A stretch of 64,000 bases of DNA from a bacterium (GTDB lineage: Bacteria > UBP14 > UBA6098), in contig JAGLDC010000035.1 in assembly GCA_023145965.1 (NCBI GenBank), positions 14,462 through 78,461 of the forward strand, given 5' to 3'. Numbering within the stretch: position 1 is the stretch's first letter; each line of letters starts with the position of its first letter. Of this stretch, positions 38,039 to 49,200 are shown piece after piece. The position numbers were made by a program, and so were the translations under genes. Below the pieces are notes generated by a model. The model saw only the letters and a program-made list of their open reading frames with translations. It was not told the DNA's origin and searched no databases.

Positions 38039-38080
38039 AATCTCGCTTTGTTTATAATTATTTATCTATTGGGTTTTTTC

Positions 38081-39406
38081 TTATTTGGGCTCTTTATCAC
38101 TACCCATAACCTTTTCTATTTCCTTAAGCCTTTTATTAATTCGCTCTTCGAGGCCCTGATCCGATGGAATATAATATGTCGGTGGCACCATGCCCTCGGG
38201 GAAATGTTCGTTTTTTGCAAGATGATTTTCGTAATCATGAGCATATTTATACCCTTTTCCGTAGCCAATTTCTTTCATCAGGTTGGTCGTTGCGTTGCGA
38301 ATAACAAGCGGCACAGGGCCTGTCATGCCAGCGCGTATATCCTTTGTGGCGCGCTTTTGAGCTATATATACAGAATTCGATTTAGGCGCGATTGCAAGAT
38401 AAATAGCTAATTGAAAAAAGGCGATATCCCCCTCGGGCGAACCCAAAAAATTGTAAAACTCTTTTGCCGCGACAGCATGGCGCACAGCGTTGGGGTCAGC
38501 AAGACCGACATCCTCCACAGCCATACGCATCATTCTTCGTGCTATATATAGTCTATCCTCACCAGCTTCTAACATACGTGCGAGCCAATAAACGGCTGCA
38601 TCCGCGTCTGAATCCCGAATAGACTTATGGAGTGCGGAAATGAGATTGTAATGCTCCTCCCCGTTTTTATCATAAAGAAGCCTCCCGCGCTGAAGCACTT
38701 GTGCAACATGCTCTTCTGTAATATTCCGGTCTGGAGCAGTATTCGCAGCAACCTCGAGAGTCGAGAGAGCAAAGCGAGCATCACCGGCGGAAAGTTGCGC
38801 TATCTTTTCAAGAACATCGCTATCGGCAGAAATATCGTTAGCGCCTAAACCTCGCTCTTCATCCTCGATTGCCTTTTTTAAAAGGCTAACAATGCTTTCC
38901 GGCCTCAGCGGTTCAAGCATAAACACCGTGAGTCGTGATAAAAGTGGAGAGATTATTTCAAAGCTAGGGTTTTCCGTAGTCGCGCCGATAAAAATTATTG
39001 TCCCTCGCTCGACATAAGGTAAAAAAGCATCCTGTTGAGCTTTATTAAAGCGATGCACTTCATCGACAAACAGAATACTTCTCTTGCCTGTATTTGCGAG
39101 CCTCCTCTCGGCTACTTTAATAACCTCTTTAATCTCCTTTATGCCTGAAAGCACGGCTGAATAGCTCAAAAAACGCATTCCAGTCTCATTCGCGATCACA
39201 CGGGCGAGTGTAGTTTTACCACAGCCGGGAGGACCCCAAAAAACCATACTGGATATCTTCTTATTTTCGATAGCATATCTAAGAGGAGTTCCCAAGCCAA
39301 TAAGTTTCTCCTGACCTAAGACCTCATTGAGACTTCGCGGACGCATACGGTCGGCAAGCGTGAACGAATCGTTGAATTCGACAATATCTTTCCCAAATAA
39401 ATCCAT
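38081..39406 (-). CDS. rarA: Replication-associated recombination protein A (RarA/MgsA)
   Basis: LADRMRP, WGPPGCGKTT, DEVHRFNKAQQD, ISALHKSIR, EDVGLADP. Start set at MDLFG (39406). Confidence 0.95.
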   Translation of the reverse strand: MDLFGKDIVEFNDSFTLADRMRPRSLNEVLGQEKLIGLGTPLRYAIENKKISSMVFWGPPGCGKTTLARVIANETGMRFLSYSAVLSGIKEIKEVIKVAERRLANTGKRSILFVDEVHRFNKAQQDAFLPYVERGTIIFIGATTENPSFEIISPLLSRLTVFMLEPLRPESIVSLLKKAIEDEERGLGANDISADSDVLEKIAQLSAGDARFALSTLEVAANTAPDRNITEEHVAQVLQRGRLLYDKNGEEHYNLISALHKSIRDSDADAAVYWLARMLEAGEDRLYIARRMMRMAVEDVGLADPNAVRHAVAAKEFYNFLGSPEGDIAFFQLAIYLAIAPKSNSVYIAQKRATKDIRAGMTGPVPLVIRNATTNLMKEIGYGKGYKYAHDYENHLAKNEHFPEGMVPPTYYIPSDQGLEERINKRLKEIEKVMGSDKEPK

Positions 39407-39613
39407 GCATATATAGTAATGTATTGGAGGCAAAAATCAATAATAAAAGGTGTTTGATTTTATCTTCGACGCTTCGGGTTTGAAGGCTTCAAGAGAACTC
39501 CCGGCGCCTATTATTATTAATATAGGCTCCGAGCGGCTATCCACGGACAAAACATAAAAAGCACGAGCACAAACTCTTTTTTATGTAGCGGCTTTATATC
39601 GGCCCATCGAAGT

Positions 39614-40963
39614 TTATGAATTCGTGCGAGCCAGGCTTTTAAGGCTACGACTCACGAAAAAGTAGGTGATAATAGCTGAGCTGAAATCAGCTATAGGAAA
39701 TGACCAAAAAACCCCATCGATGCCAAGAAACTTTGGAAGAATCAATATAAGAGGAATAAGCACTATCGCCTGTCGAGAAAGGGTTAAAACAAAGGCCTTG
39801 AAGGCTTTTCCTATAGCTTGAAAATATGCTCCACCCATCATCTGAAGGCCAATCATAGGGAAAAGAAGAACCACTTTCCTAAACGCTGGAACTCCACTCT
39901 CGATAAGATTTGGGTCATTTGAAAAGAGATTTATTATCTGATTTGGAAAAAGCATCACGATAGTGAAAGTGAATAGGCTTATTACAACAGCCCTAATATA
40001 AGCTTTTTTCACAACCTCGGTCACTTTATCGAAACGCTTAGCACCAAAATTAAAACCTACAATCGGTTGCAAACCCTGCGAAACTCCCATTATGGGCGTA
40101 GAAAAGAGAAATATAACACGATTAATAATCCCATAAATAGCAATTCCAATTTGGAAATCGAGACCAGCAAAGACATTGTTCATTATAATGATCAATGCAC
40201 TAGAAGAGAGGTTACGGCCAAGCGAGGCCATACCTATCGATACTATTTCGCGAATGATTTTAAAATCTGGCTTTAATTTTATCCTCTTAAACTGAATAAT
40301 GCTCTTCTCAGAATTGAAAAATGCCAGCGCATAGATGGCAACAGCAAATTGAGATATTACCGTGGCGATAGCTGCACCCTTCACTCCCATATCTAACACA
40401 AAAATGAAAATTGGATCGAGAATAACATTGAGAATAGCGGCGATGATCATCAATGTCATAGATATCTTCGCTCGCCCTTCAGAACGAATGATATTATTCG
40501 ACGAAATCGCGAAGCACCTAAAAACAGTCCCAAGAAGTATAATACTTAAATAATCTATAGCGTAGGGCATGACATCGGGCGTTGCTCCGAGGAATTTAGC
40601 GAATGTATTTATAAAAATAAGGCCTGGAATAGCGACCATAAACGATAATATTGTGGTAGAAAAAACGACATTCCCAAAAGTTTTATTTACCTTAGCAAGA
40701 TCACCAGTGCCGATAGCTCTTGAAATAATCGATGCTCCCCCCATGCCGAAAAGCTGAGCTATTGCTAAAACTAGTATTTGCACAGGAAAACATATAGCCA
40801 CTCCAGCAATGCCTAGCATTCCAACTCCACGACCAACAAAGATCGTATCTACCACATTAAAGCTCGACATAACGAACATGCCAATAGTGGAAGGAATAGA
40901 GAGTTTTATTAGAAGTTTTCCGACATCATTCTCGGCCAATATATGCTTATCTGTTGATCTCAT
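39614..40963 (-). CDS. MATE family efflux transporter (MepA-like)
   Basis: NVVDTIFVG, NVILDPIFIF..GVKGAAIAT, QPIVGFNFGA, 12 TMs. Confidence 0.92.
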   Translation of the reverse strand: MRSTDKHILAENDVGKLLIKLSIPSTIGMFVMSSFNVVDTIFVGRGVGMLGIAGVAICFPVQILVLAIAQLFGMGGASIISRAIGTGDLAKVNKTFGNVVFSTTILSFMVAIPGLIFINTFAKFLGATPDVMPYAIDYLSIILLGTVFRCFAISSNNIIRSEGRAKISMTLMIIAAILNVILDPIFIFVLDMGVKGAAIATVISQFAVAIYALAFFNSEKSIIQFKRIKLKPDFKIIREIVSIGMASLGRNLSSSALIIIMNNVFAGLDFQIGIAIYGIINRVIFLFSTPIMGVSQGLQPIVGFNFGAKRFDKVTEVVKKAYIRAVVISLFTFTIVMLFPNQIINLFSNDPNLIESGVPAFRKVVLLFPMIGLQMMGGAYFQAIGKAFKAFVLTLSRQAIVLIPLILILPKFLGIDGVFWSFPIADFSSAIITYFFVSRSLKSLARTNS

Positions 40964-41010
40964 AAGGCTTATTAATGTAAGATAATTTGTTATGAATTCA
41001 ATAATAATAA

Positions 41011-41442
41011 TTATATATCAGGGAAACATCGGTTCCGGCAACATGGCAGAATTCTATGCTTTCACTGTCTTCTTTTGCCGGATCGAATATCTATATCGCT
41101 TTCCATAATGTATCTGTGGATGAGTTTATACTTAAAGTCGATGACATTAAAATTGGGAATCAACCGACACACGATATTGGAATTTCGGGGGTTGAAGGTG
41201 TAGAGATTTTTGACATCTCTGGAAGACTTGCGTTACGATTGCTCGAAGACGAAAACACAGTGGAGAGTCCCTATACCTTCCCTCCCTCTGACTACCAAAA
41301 CCATAGCACATGTAGCTACTCCCCCGCAACCCACGAATTTACATGGATACCCTCGACATCTATCACATCCGGTGTTTATCTTGTTCGCGCACAAACCACC
41401 AATGGACAAACCGTATCAAAGTGCATTATATATTTGAAATAA
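41011..41442 (+). pseudogene. 3' remnant of a T9SS-cargo gene (end of cleaved-adhesin-like domain + partial CTD)
   Basis: WQNSMLSLSSFAGSNIYIAFH..VDDIKI, then VEIFDISGR..HEFTWIP..SGVYLVRA..IIYLK. No signal peptide, and the YPNPFN strand is missing. Confidence 0.7.
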
Positions 41443-41464
41443 CTTCTTATCGGGAAAAATATCG

Positions 41465-41491
41465 AGGGCGGTCAGATACCGCCCTTTTTTT
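41465..41491 (+). terminator. Intrinsic terminator
   Basis: AGGGCGGT-CAGAT-ACCGCCCT followed by a T run. Confidence 0.8.
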
Positions 41492-41517
41492 ATTAAAGAC
41501 TTTTTTATTTGCACTCC

Positions 41518-41672
41518 GGGGGGCGTCGGAATTTCTAGTTTAGCGGAAAACCAGTTTTCCGCTAAACTAGAAATCGGCATCCGGCCGGAGCAAAATTCTT
41601 ATTTTTTTCGAAATAGTATCGACCGGCCGGACGCCCACGTTGCGCTTTTTGGCGCAACGCCCGACGCCCCCC
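41518..41672. repeat. Nested multi-hairpin element (MITE/REP-like)
   Basis: 12-bp terminal IR GGGGGGCGTCGG/CCGACGCCCCCC enclosing a perfect 21-bp IR (41531-41574) and two further stems. Confidence 0.75.
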
Positions 41673-41707
41673 TGCGATGGTTGTCGATACATCTTCTTAA
41701 CGCATGA

Positions 41708-42676
41708 TTATTTTATATGATTGAATGCCATAGCCGCAGCACCAATAACACCGCAGTTTTGGCCTTTTTCTGAGATGTCTATAGTACAGGAATTATACAA
41801 CGATTTCAGTGCCCTACAATGCGCTTCATTGCGAATAGTTTTTAGGAGAATATCTTTGCCCCAACCGGTTACACCTCCGGCGAATATTATACACTCCGGG
41901 TTGAGGATATTTATCATATTAGCTGTAGCAACACCAAGTGCGCGTGAAACCTCGCGTGTCACCTTAAGAGCAGTTTTATCTCCTTCTCGTGCTGTATCCC
42001 CGATCATTTCAGGGTCTAGGGAACCATAATCCCCACCCATTAAATCCCATAAGAGAGAGCCTTTATCCTTCTTAAGATATTCCCAGGCCAATGTTACAAT
42101 TCCTTTTGCCCCTGCATATGCCTCGATACAACCCCGATTACCGCAGGTGCATTGTCGTCCGTTCATTTCAATGACATGGTGCCCAATCTCCCCAGCACCA
42201 CCCCATTTACCACGGAATATTTGCCCATCGATTATTATTCCACCACCCACTCCTGTCCCAAGAGTAAAAATAACAAGTGGATCGGCACCTTTATGCTTAC
42301 CCCATAGATATTCGCCATATGCTGCTGCATTGGCATCATTATCGATGATTATCTTAGGGCCAAATACATCTTCAAAAATGCTCTTAACTCCAAGCCCGCG
42401 CCAGCTTTTAAGATTAGGAGAGGCTTCAATAATACCCTCTTCGATAGTAACTGCACCCGGGAAACCCACGCCCACACCGGCTATATCTTCGAGATTAGTC
42501 TCACAGTCTTCGAGAAACTCACAAATATCATCGATAATTATCGACAAGGCCACATCCGGAGGACTCTGCGGAGTCGGGAATATATCCATGTCAAGAATCT
42601 CGCCCGATCCATCCACGGTAGCTACCTTTACAAATGTCCCGCCGATATCTACTCCGAGTGTAATTTTATTCTCCAC
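41708..42676 (-). CDS. ROK family sugar kinase (glucokinase-like)
   Basis: GVDIGGT, DNDAN, LGTGVGGG, GEIGH, CTCGNRGCIE. Confidence 0.93.
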   Translation of the reverse strand: MENKITLGVDIGGTFVKVATVDGSGEILDMDIFPTPQSPPDVALSIIIDDICEFLEDCETNLEDIAGVGVGFPGAVTIEEGIIEASPNLKSWRGLGVKSIFEDVFGPKIIIDNDANAAAYGEYLWGKHKGADPLVIFTLGTGVGGGIIIDGQIFRGKWGGAGEIGHHVIEMNGRQCTCGNRGCIEAYAGAKGIVTLAWEYLKKDKGSLLWDLMGGDYGSLDPEMIGDTAREGDKTALKVTREVSRALGVATANMINILNPECIIFAGGVTGWGKDILLKTIRNEAHCRALKSLYNSCTIDISEKGQNCGVIGAAAMAFNHIK

Positions 42677-44243
42677 TGTGAAACTCCCATTTTAATATAG
42701 CGATTGTGGAATATGGTATAAGCCTTTCAGTTGAAAGATCGAGCATTGCCCCATTCGCCCAAGGTGTTATATCCTTTTGGTTCTCGCTAGAATGAATCTG
42801 GCTTTCGATCTCGATAATAACCGACTTATTTTCAAAGAACTTCGCTAACTCGTCAAGATTCTCCATGTCGAATACCGCCATCAGGGCCGAGCTTAACCTA
42901 AACCATAGGAAATCGGCTCTGGCTATAGCAAGAGAATCCGCATTAAATTCGCGCTCGTTGCTATGTCCGTTTATCCGGATAGTCAATTCGCCATCCTGCT
43001 TACATAAATATTGTATTCTCGATATTACCTCAGGAAAGCTGCTTTCCCAATGACAACATGGCTTAACACTATTGAAAACAAAAGGGATTATCGGCAAAAT
43101 AGCCATTTCCGAATAATTTTTCCCTAAATCGATCTTGACTGATTTCCATTCTGAACGCTCGACCTCGCCACCATTTCCCCAGCAAAGCATCGAGAAATCG
43201 CATCGAGGTGGAATAACCAATATCTTGCCCTCAGATAACTTGATCATCGACATTTTATTTGGCTGCCGCATTCCCCAATCAACTGGAATGCGGCTCCGGT
43301 GTAAATCTCTGTCTATCCTATAGGCCAGCACCTCGGAGGAAGTATCTACACTCACATCGAGCCTTATAGGCTCTACATCATTTGATGGCGACTCACACCA
43401 CAGATATCTGCCATTGAGTGGCTCAGGCGCAAAAAACGAAGGTCTTAAATCAATTCGCATCTCTCCCGGCTCAGAATTCCCTCCATCAACTGCGATTATT
43501 TGTCTTGCATCCTTTTTCTTCATATCCTTTTTGAATCTTGAAACAACAATATCTATACGCTCCGCTCTCTCCACCGCTGAAGCATTCAATTCCCCTGAAG
43601 AAAAGACCAACAATAAATCTGGGTTTCGAGCAAGGATACTATCTAGAAACCCTCCCTGAGATTTGGATATAATCCTAAATCCTCTGCGCCAATAGGGCAT
43701 CGTCTCGGTAGCCACTAATACGCGAGATGTCCAATTTGGAACGGAAGGAATCAATTCTACTCTTAAATCATAAATCGAAGCGACATCGCCGTATGTTTCC
43801 GTAAACTCGTATCCCGATTCAGGGATTTCTAGACTCAATACCAACTGGGGTTCGGCCAAAAGCAAGGCCTCCCTCACCGCTTTCGCCCTATTAGAAGCCA
43901 ATTCTTCACCGGCAAATGGAGACACTATACCATCGAATTCATGGGAATAGAACCCTCTAACAACACAATCTATATCGGGATTTTGCACCATTCGAGTAGC
44001 CAACTCCGCTAAAAGCGGTTTATATGCTTCATCGAGCTTAGCCTTCCCAGGGTCAAAAAATATAACATTTGGAAGATACCCCCCTACCCACGCAATATCC
44101 CAACCCGAAAAATCGATTTCCTTCACACGTGGTTCAATATAGGGTGATATCGGGGGCTTCTCAAGCGAATCGATTGGTAATTCCTGCGTAAAACAAACAA
44201 CACAAACTATACATATCAACAAAATCAGACTATAAACCCTCAT
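42666..44243 (-). CDS. Periplasmic protein with degenerate OmpA-like domains
   Basis: Signal peptide MRVYSL. IFFDPGKAKL..ELASNRAKAV and C-terminal IRINGHS..LAIARA. Confidence 0.6.
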   Translation of the reverse strand: MRVYSLILLICIVCVVCFTQELPIDSLEKPPISPYIEPRVKEIDFSGWDIAWVGGYLPNVIFFDPGKAKLDEAYKPLLAELATRMVQNPDIDCVVRGFYSHEFDGIVSPFAGEELASNRAKAVREALLLAEPQLVLSLEIPESGYEFTETYGDVASIYDLRVELIPSVPNWTSRVLVATETMPYWRRGFRIISKSQGGFLDSILARNPDLLLVFSSGELNASAVERAERIDIVVSRFKKDMKKKDARQIIAVDGGNSEPGEMRIDLRPSFFAPEPLNGRYLWCESPSNDVEPIRLDVSVDTSSEVLAYRIDRDLHRSRIPVDWGMRQPNKMSMIKLSEGKILVIPPRCDFSMLCWGNGGEVERSEWKSVKIDLGKNYSEMAILPIIPFVFNSVKPCCHWESSFPEVISRIQYLCKQDGELTIRINGHSNEREFNADSLAIARADFLWFRLSSALMAVFDMENLDELAKFFENKSVIIEIESQIHSSENQKDITPWANGAMLDLSTERLIPYSTIAILKWEFHSGE

Positions 44244-45021
44244 AAAACTCCGGCCTCCTATCCAAAATAACATCGTTGAACGGAGTTACCATCTTATCGA
44301 GCGCTTTCGAGGGATCTATCTCTATCACAAGCACACCCTCTTCATCCATACCCAACTCACCTAATACAGACCCATCCGGACCATACATAATACTTTTCCC
44401 AGTAAAATCTACTTTCCCGCCTCCGTTAACATCCGAACCTGTCCTGTTAGAAAGAGCAATAAAAATTCTGTTAGATACAGCATGAGCATATGAAGCCTTC
44501 TGGCAATGAGGCAAAACAAGGTTCGCACTATGGCAAACAAGCTGCGCGCCTTTTAATGCAAGGCTGCGATAAACTTCAGGGAAAAACCAGTCGAAACAGA
44601 TAATGAAAGCTATCTTTGTATCTCTGTATTCGACTAGAGGAAAGGGCAAATTCCCCGGTTCAAAAATCAGCTTCTCATTATTGAAAAGATGAACTTTCCT
44701 ATATAAAACCTTTTTCCCCCTAGGATAAATAAATGCCGACGAATTAAATATCTTCTCACCTGACAACTCAGGGAAACATCCGATAATTGCACAATCCTTT
44801 TCATATGCTATATCCGCTAAAAAAGTTAGTGTTTTGCTTTTTTGGAATTTTTCAGCAAAAGGCCTAATTTCATCCTTATCCTTAAAAAAATAACCTGTTG
44901 CAAACAACTCTGGTAAAACAAATAAATCTGCGTCATTGGCGCGAATAAGCCTTTCCGCAAGCCTTAAATTTCGTTCTACTTCGCGTAGTTTCGGCGCAAA
45001 TTGAACTATACCGATTCTCAT
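44230..45021 (-). CDS. Nitrilase-superfamily carbon-nitrogen hydrolase
   Basis: E-K-C triad: LPELF, YRKVHLF, ICFDWFFPE. Confidence 0.92.
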   Translation of the reverse strand: MRIGIVQFAPKLREVERNLRLAERLIRANDADLFVLPELFATGYFFKDKDEIRPFAEKFQKSKTLTFLADIAYEKDCAIIGCFPELSGEKIFNSSAFIYPRGKKVLYRKVHLFNNEKLIFEPGNLPFPLVEYRDTKIAFIICFDWFFPEVYRSLALKGAQLVCHSANLVLPHCQKASYAHAVSNRIFIALSNRTGSDVNGGGKVDFTGKSIMYGPDGSVLGELGMDEEGVLVIEIDPSKALDKMVTPFNDVILDRRPEFYEGL

Positions 45022-45191
45022 AATTCACCATAAACCTTAATGTCCAATAGAATATAGATCCCTCGGGAAACAACTATTAATAAACCAGTTTTCTATAGAT
45101 ATAATAATATCCTATTTTAAATCGTCAAATTAAAATAAATAAAAACATATGAATATCAAGAGCTTTAGCCGCAATTTAAACCACACTGAAT

Positions 45192-45221
45192 AAAAAAGGC
45201 GCCTAAAAAGACGCCATTTTT
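45192..45221 (-). terminator. Intrinsic terminator of rpoD
   Basis: Minus strand GGCGTC-TTTTTA-GGCGCC-TTTTTT. Confidence 0.65.
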
Positions 45222-45242
45222 ATGGGGAAAAGAAAATAAAAA

Positions 45243-46100
45243 TCAGCTTACGAATGCCCTGAGATTCTTCGATCTGGTGGCATGCCTAAGACGCTTAATC
45301 GCTTTTTCTTTGATCTGCCTAACACGCTCACGTGTGAGACTAAATCTATTGCCTATCTCTTCGAGTGTGAGAGCCCTTTCTCGGTTAAGGCCAAAATAAA
45401 GAGATATAACCTCGGCCTCTCGTTCCGTAAGTGTAGAAAGAACCTTCTCGATTTCACTGGAAAGAGCTGTCTTAAGAAGTTCCCTATCTGGCGATGGTGA
45501 GTGATTGTCCTTCAGAATGTCCTTTAGGGAATTCGTATCGCCCTCTGTGAAAGGCGCATCGAGAGAAAGATGGCTATTAGAAATCTGTAAGGTATCGGAA
45601 ACCTCTTCCGCAGCCATATTGAGCTTATCAGCTATCTCTTTAGTGCTGGGAGAACGACCATACTTCTGCTCCAACTTAGAGTGTGCTTTGCCGATTTTAT
45701 GTAAAGCACCTACTCTATTGAGCGGAAGCCTCACTATCCTCGATTGCTCGGCTAGCGCCTGAAGTATAGACTGGCGAATCCACCAAACAGCATACGAAAT
45801 AAACTTAAAACCCCTCTTTTCATCAAATCTCTTGGCAGCTTTAATCAAACCAATATTCCCCTCATTGATGAGGTCGGCGAGAGATAATCCTTGATTTTGA
45901 TACTGTTTGGCGACGCTAACTACAAACCTGAGATTTGCCTTAATAAGCTTTGGCATGGCTTCTTTGTCGCCATTACGGATTCCGACTGCGAGCTTAAATT
46001 CGTCTTCTGCGGTAATGAGTGGAGTTTTGCCTATCTCCTTGAGGTAAATGTCCAATGAACGATCAACATCTCGTCCGCTGATCTTTCGCTTTTTGTTCAT
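45243..46100 (-). CDS. rpoD: RNA polymerase sigma factor RpoD/SigA, short Bacteroidota/Chlorobi type lacking region 1.1
   Basis: [67 protein letters not shown]. Confidence 0.92.
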   Translation of the reverse strand: MNKKRKISGRDVDRSLDIYLKEIGKTPLITAEDEFKLAVGIRNGDKEAMPKLIKANLRFVVSVAKQYQNQGLSLADLINEGNIGLIKAAKRFDEKRGFKFISYAVWWIRQSILQALAEQSRIVRLPLNRVGALHKIGKAHSKLEQKYGRSPSTKEIADKLNMAAEEVSDTLQISNSHLSLDAPFTEGDTNSLKDILKDNHSPSPDRELLKTALSSEIEKVLSTLTEREAEVISLYFGLNRERALTLEEIGNRFSLTRERVRQIKEKAIKRLRHATRSKNLRAFVS

Positions 46101-46179
46101 ACTCCTCCTTTGAAAGAGAAAAAAAGAGCTACACTGTTTGGATCATTGATCCTAAGATGGTCCCCCAAGACCGCTATGG

Positions 46180-46207
46180 AATATAGGAATTTTCCATCTA
46201 AAGTCAA
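46180..46207 (-). promoter_or_regulatory. Putative rpoD promoter TTGACT-N16-TATATT
   Basis: Read on the minus strand, about 80 nt upstream of the start and its AGGAGGAG SD. Confidence 0.5.
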
Positions 46208-46232
46208 GCCACCACAAACACCCAATAAAAAG

Positions 46233-49200
46233 CTATCTGCCAATCGTTAGAGTTCCATTGCATACTGTTTCGCCACTTTTCTGAATTAGATAAAGATACA
46301 ATCCCTCTTTTGCGATTTGCCCCCCACCCTCACGACAATTCCATACACGATTTGCAACATCGCCTAAATCTATGACCGGCCCTATCGTGGCCTGATAAAC
46401 AAGAATGTTTCTCTTATTAAAGATCAATAATTCAGCCGAACCGGAATACATCTCAGGATAGTCGAAAACAGCAACATCATTAATACCATCCCCGTTAGGT
46501 GTAATGGGATTTGGATAGTTATTACATGAGATCTTTGGCTCCATCAGGAACCACCAAGTAAACTGATTGGCGTTAGGCGAGCAATAATCCGGGGTATCCT
46601 GTGCATAAACCGTGATCATTACGGTATCTCCCGTAACAAACTCGATTCCTGCAATAGATGGATCGAAAGTGAGTCTTCCGCTAGAATAGGTCAATGCCGG
46701 TGAAGACAAATCATACGTTGACCGGTAAATATCCATCCTTAATTCATTGGGATCAACACCTGCGATATTATCTGCAACATCGATCCAAGCCTGAGTCTGG
46801 ACATTCCGAATAAGATCGGTTTGAAGCGGGAAATTATTTGCAAACGTCGGAGGAGTCAGGTCCATATAATAATTCCATTCGATAGGCGCATCGGTCAAAG
46901 GATTGCCCAGCATATCGTCTGCTGTTATAAGTCTAACATTGACCAAACCATCAGCCCAAACCGAGGGTGGTGTCCATGTCAAAACCGGGAAACTCCAATC
47001 AAGCTCCGTAGAAGATGTTGTATAAAGCACACCGTCAACCTCCAGCCCAATAGTCGCTTCATCGATACCGTTGCTATCATCGAGCGTAATAATTATTTGT
47101 TGAAGACTACACGCGCTAACAGTTCCATCGCCCGGCTCGATTATCTCGCCGACAGGCCCGCCGCGGCTTATTATTAGCATCCAACAATAGGTGGTATCGT
47201 TGGCATCGCAATAAGGCGCGGCAGTGTCTGGAAGATCGGCGATTTCGAGACAAAGCTCTATGCTATCGCCGCCAGTCCATAAAATCCCTAGGCTATCGGG
47301 GTCGAACGCCAATGTGTCACCGAGCCAATAAAGCCCAGTGCTCGTAGGATCGATGACGCCATAGCCCTCGACATCGAGCGAAACCGCATCGTAATCGATG
47401 CCCGCAGGCAAATCATCGAGAACCACACGAACAATAGGGCTTCTATCGTCAACTGGAACGGCCGAAATCGGAGTCACCGATACAAGCTCGGGAGGTTCAT
47501 AATCGACCGTGAAAATCCATCCAAGAGGCGCTTCAAGCTCGTTGCCGAGAATATCCGAGGCCGAAAGAAGCGAACAAACTACTGTCGAACCATGCGCGAA
47601 AAATCCCGCGCCACCATCGAAGGTAAGTGTGGGTTCGTCCCAGTCGATCTCGAGCTCACCGATGCCATATCTAACTCCATTTACCGAGAACACAACAGTC
47701 GAGTCATCCACGCCGTTGGAATCCTCGATACTAACCACTATTTCCTGAGGGTCGCAGCTTGTAATCACTCCATCGGTTGGATGTATAATAGAGCCGACAG
47801 GCCCGCCTGATTCTATGGAAAAGCTCCAGCACGAATCCAGTGTATTAGGCCCACAATAATCTGGTGAATCGTTGGCAATAACACAAATGTCTATCAAATC
47901 CCCTCCGGTCACGGAGATAACATCGCAAAGGTCGAAGCTAATGTTGCCGCCAATCCAGGTTACACGGCCATCTGAAACACCCAGATGCTCTGTGCCTTCT
48001 ATCGTAACATCAATAGAAAGCTCATCGAGACCGGAGCCGATATCAGCTAAATCGAATGTAACATTTGGACAAATTTCAGAAATAACTGATCCCGGTGAAG
48101 GACTTATGGCTCCGATAATCGGGGGTGAATAATCTAATATGAAGCTCCAAACAAGCGTATCCTCATTTGGATTAGCATATATGTCCTCGGCGTATAGAAG
48201 CGAACAAACTACCACCTCGCCATCGGTGAAAAAGCCCATGGGCGAGAAGAAAGTGAGCGTATCACTGGAATAAGACAACTCTGGACTCGCAGGAATGCCA
48301 TAACGAGTGCCATTCACAGAAAATAGTATCGATGTCTCTATGACGCCGTTGATATCTGATATGGTTAAAGATATCTCTTGCGGATCGCAGGCCGAATATG
48401 TCGAAGGTAAAGGTTCTATAACCGTGCCGATAGGCCCGCCTGTCGGAACCCAAAATAGCCAACAGGTATCCAGCACATTGGGCGGGCAAAGATCGGGTGT
48501 GTCCTCTGAATGGACACACACTCTAACAGTGTCTCCGCCGACAATCGTAAATGGAATTGCTGAAACATCGACCTGATAATTACCCCCTCCTGTATGAATA
48601 AATACAGAATGTGATATATCATACCAGGTGGTCCCAGCAGATGGGAAATAATCTATTGCGAAAAACGCGCTGTCATAATCGATACCCGCGCCTATATCTG
48701 CAAGTCTCCAGCTTATTGTTGGCACAAGAGTTCCAGTTGCGCCTACGGGCGAGGCCATCGAAAGCAATGGAGGCAAAAGGTCTATTGAATATATCCAACT
48801 GAGGCCTGTCGTTGCGAGCGGGTTTCCAACGCCATCTTCAGCCGAAACAAGCTCGACCGATATTGGTGCACCATCGGCCCAAAGCACTCCCGGAGAGAAA
48901 CAGAGTAAATCGGTGGAATAGCTCAATTCCGGAGAATCAGTGCCGTAATCCACACCGTTTACTCGAAGAACAATAGTCGATTCCTCGACGCCGTGTGAGA
49001 TAGGTGGGTCAATAAGAGGAATGCAGATTCCCTGATCATCGCAGGCCGAAATAAGACCATCAATGGGAACTTCCGATACCGGGTCTATTCCATCATCGGC
49101 CTCCGGTCCCTCTAAATCGACAAAAACCGTCCAGCAAACCTCTAATGTGTTAGGTTCACAATAATCCGGGCTATCAAAACCACCTACACAAATATTAAGT

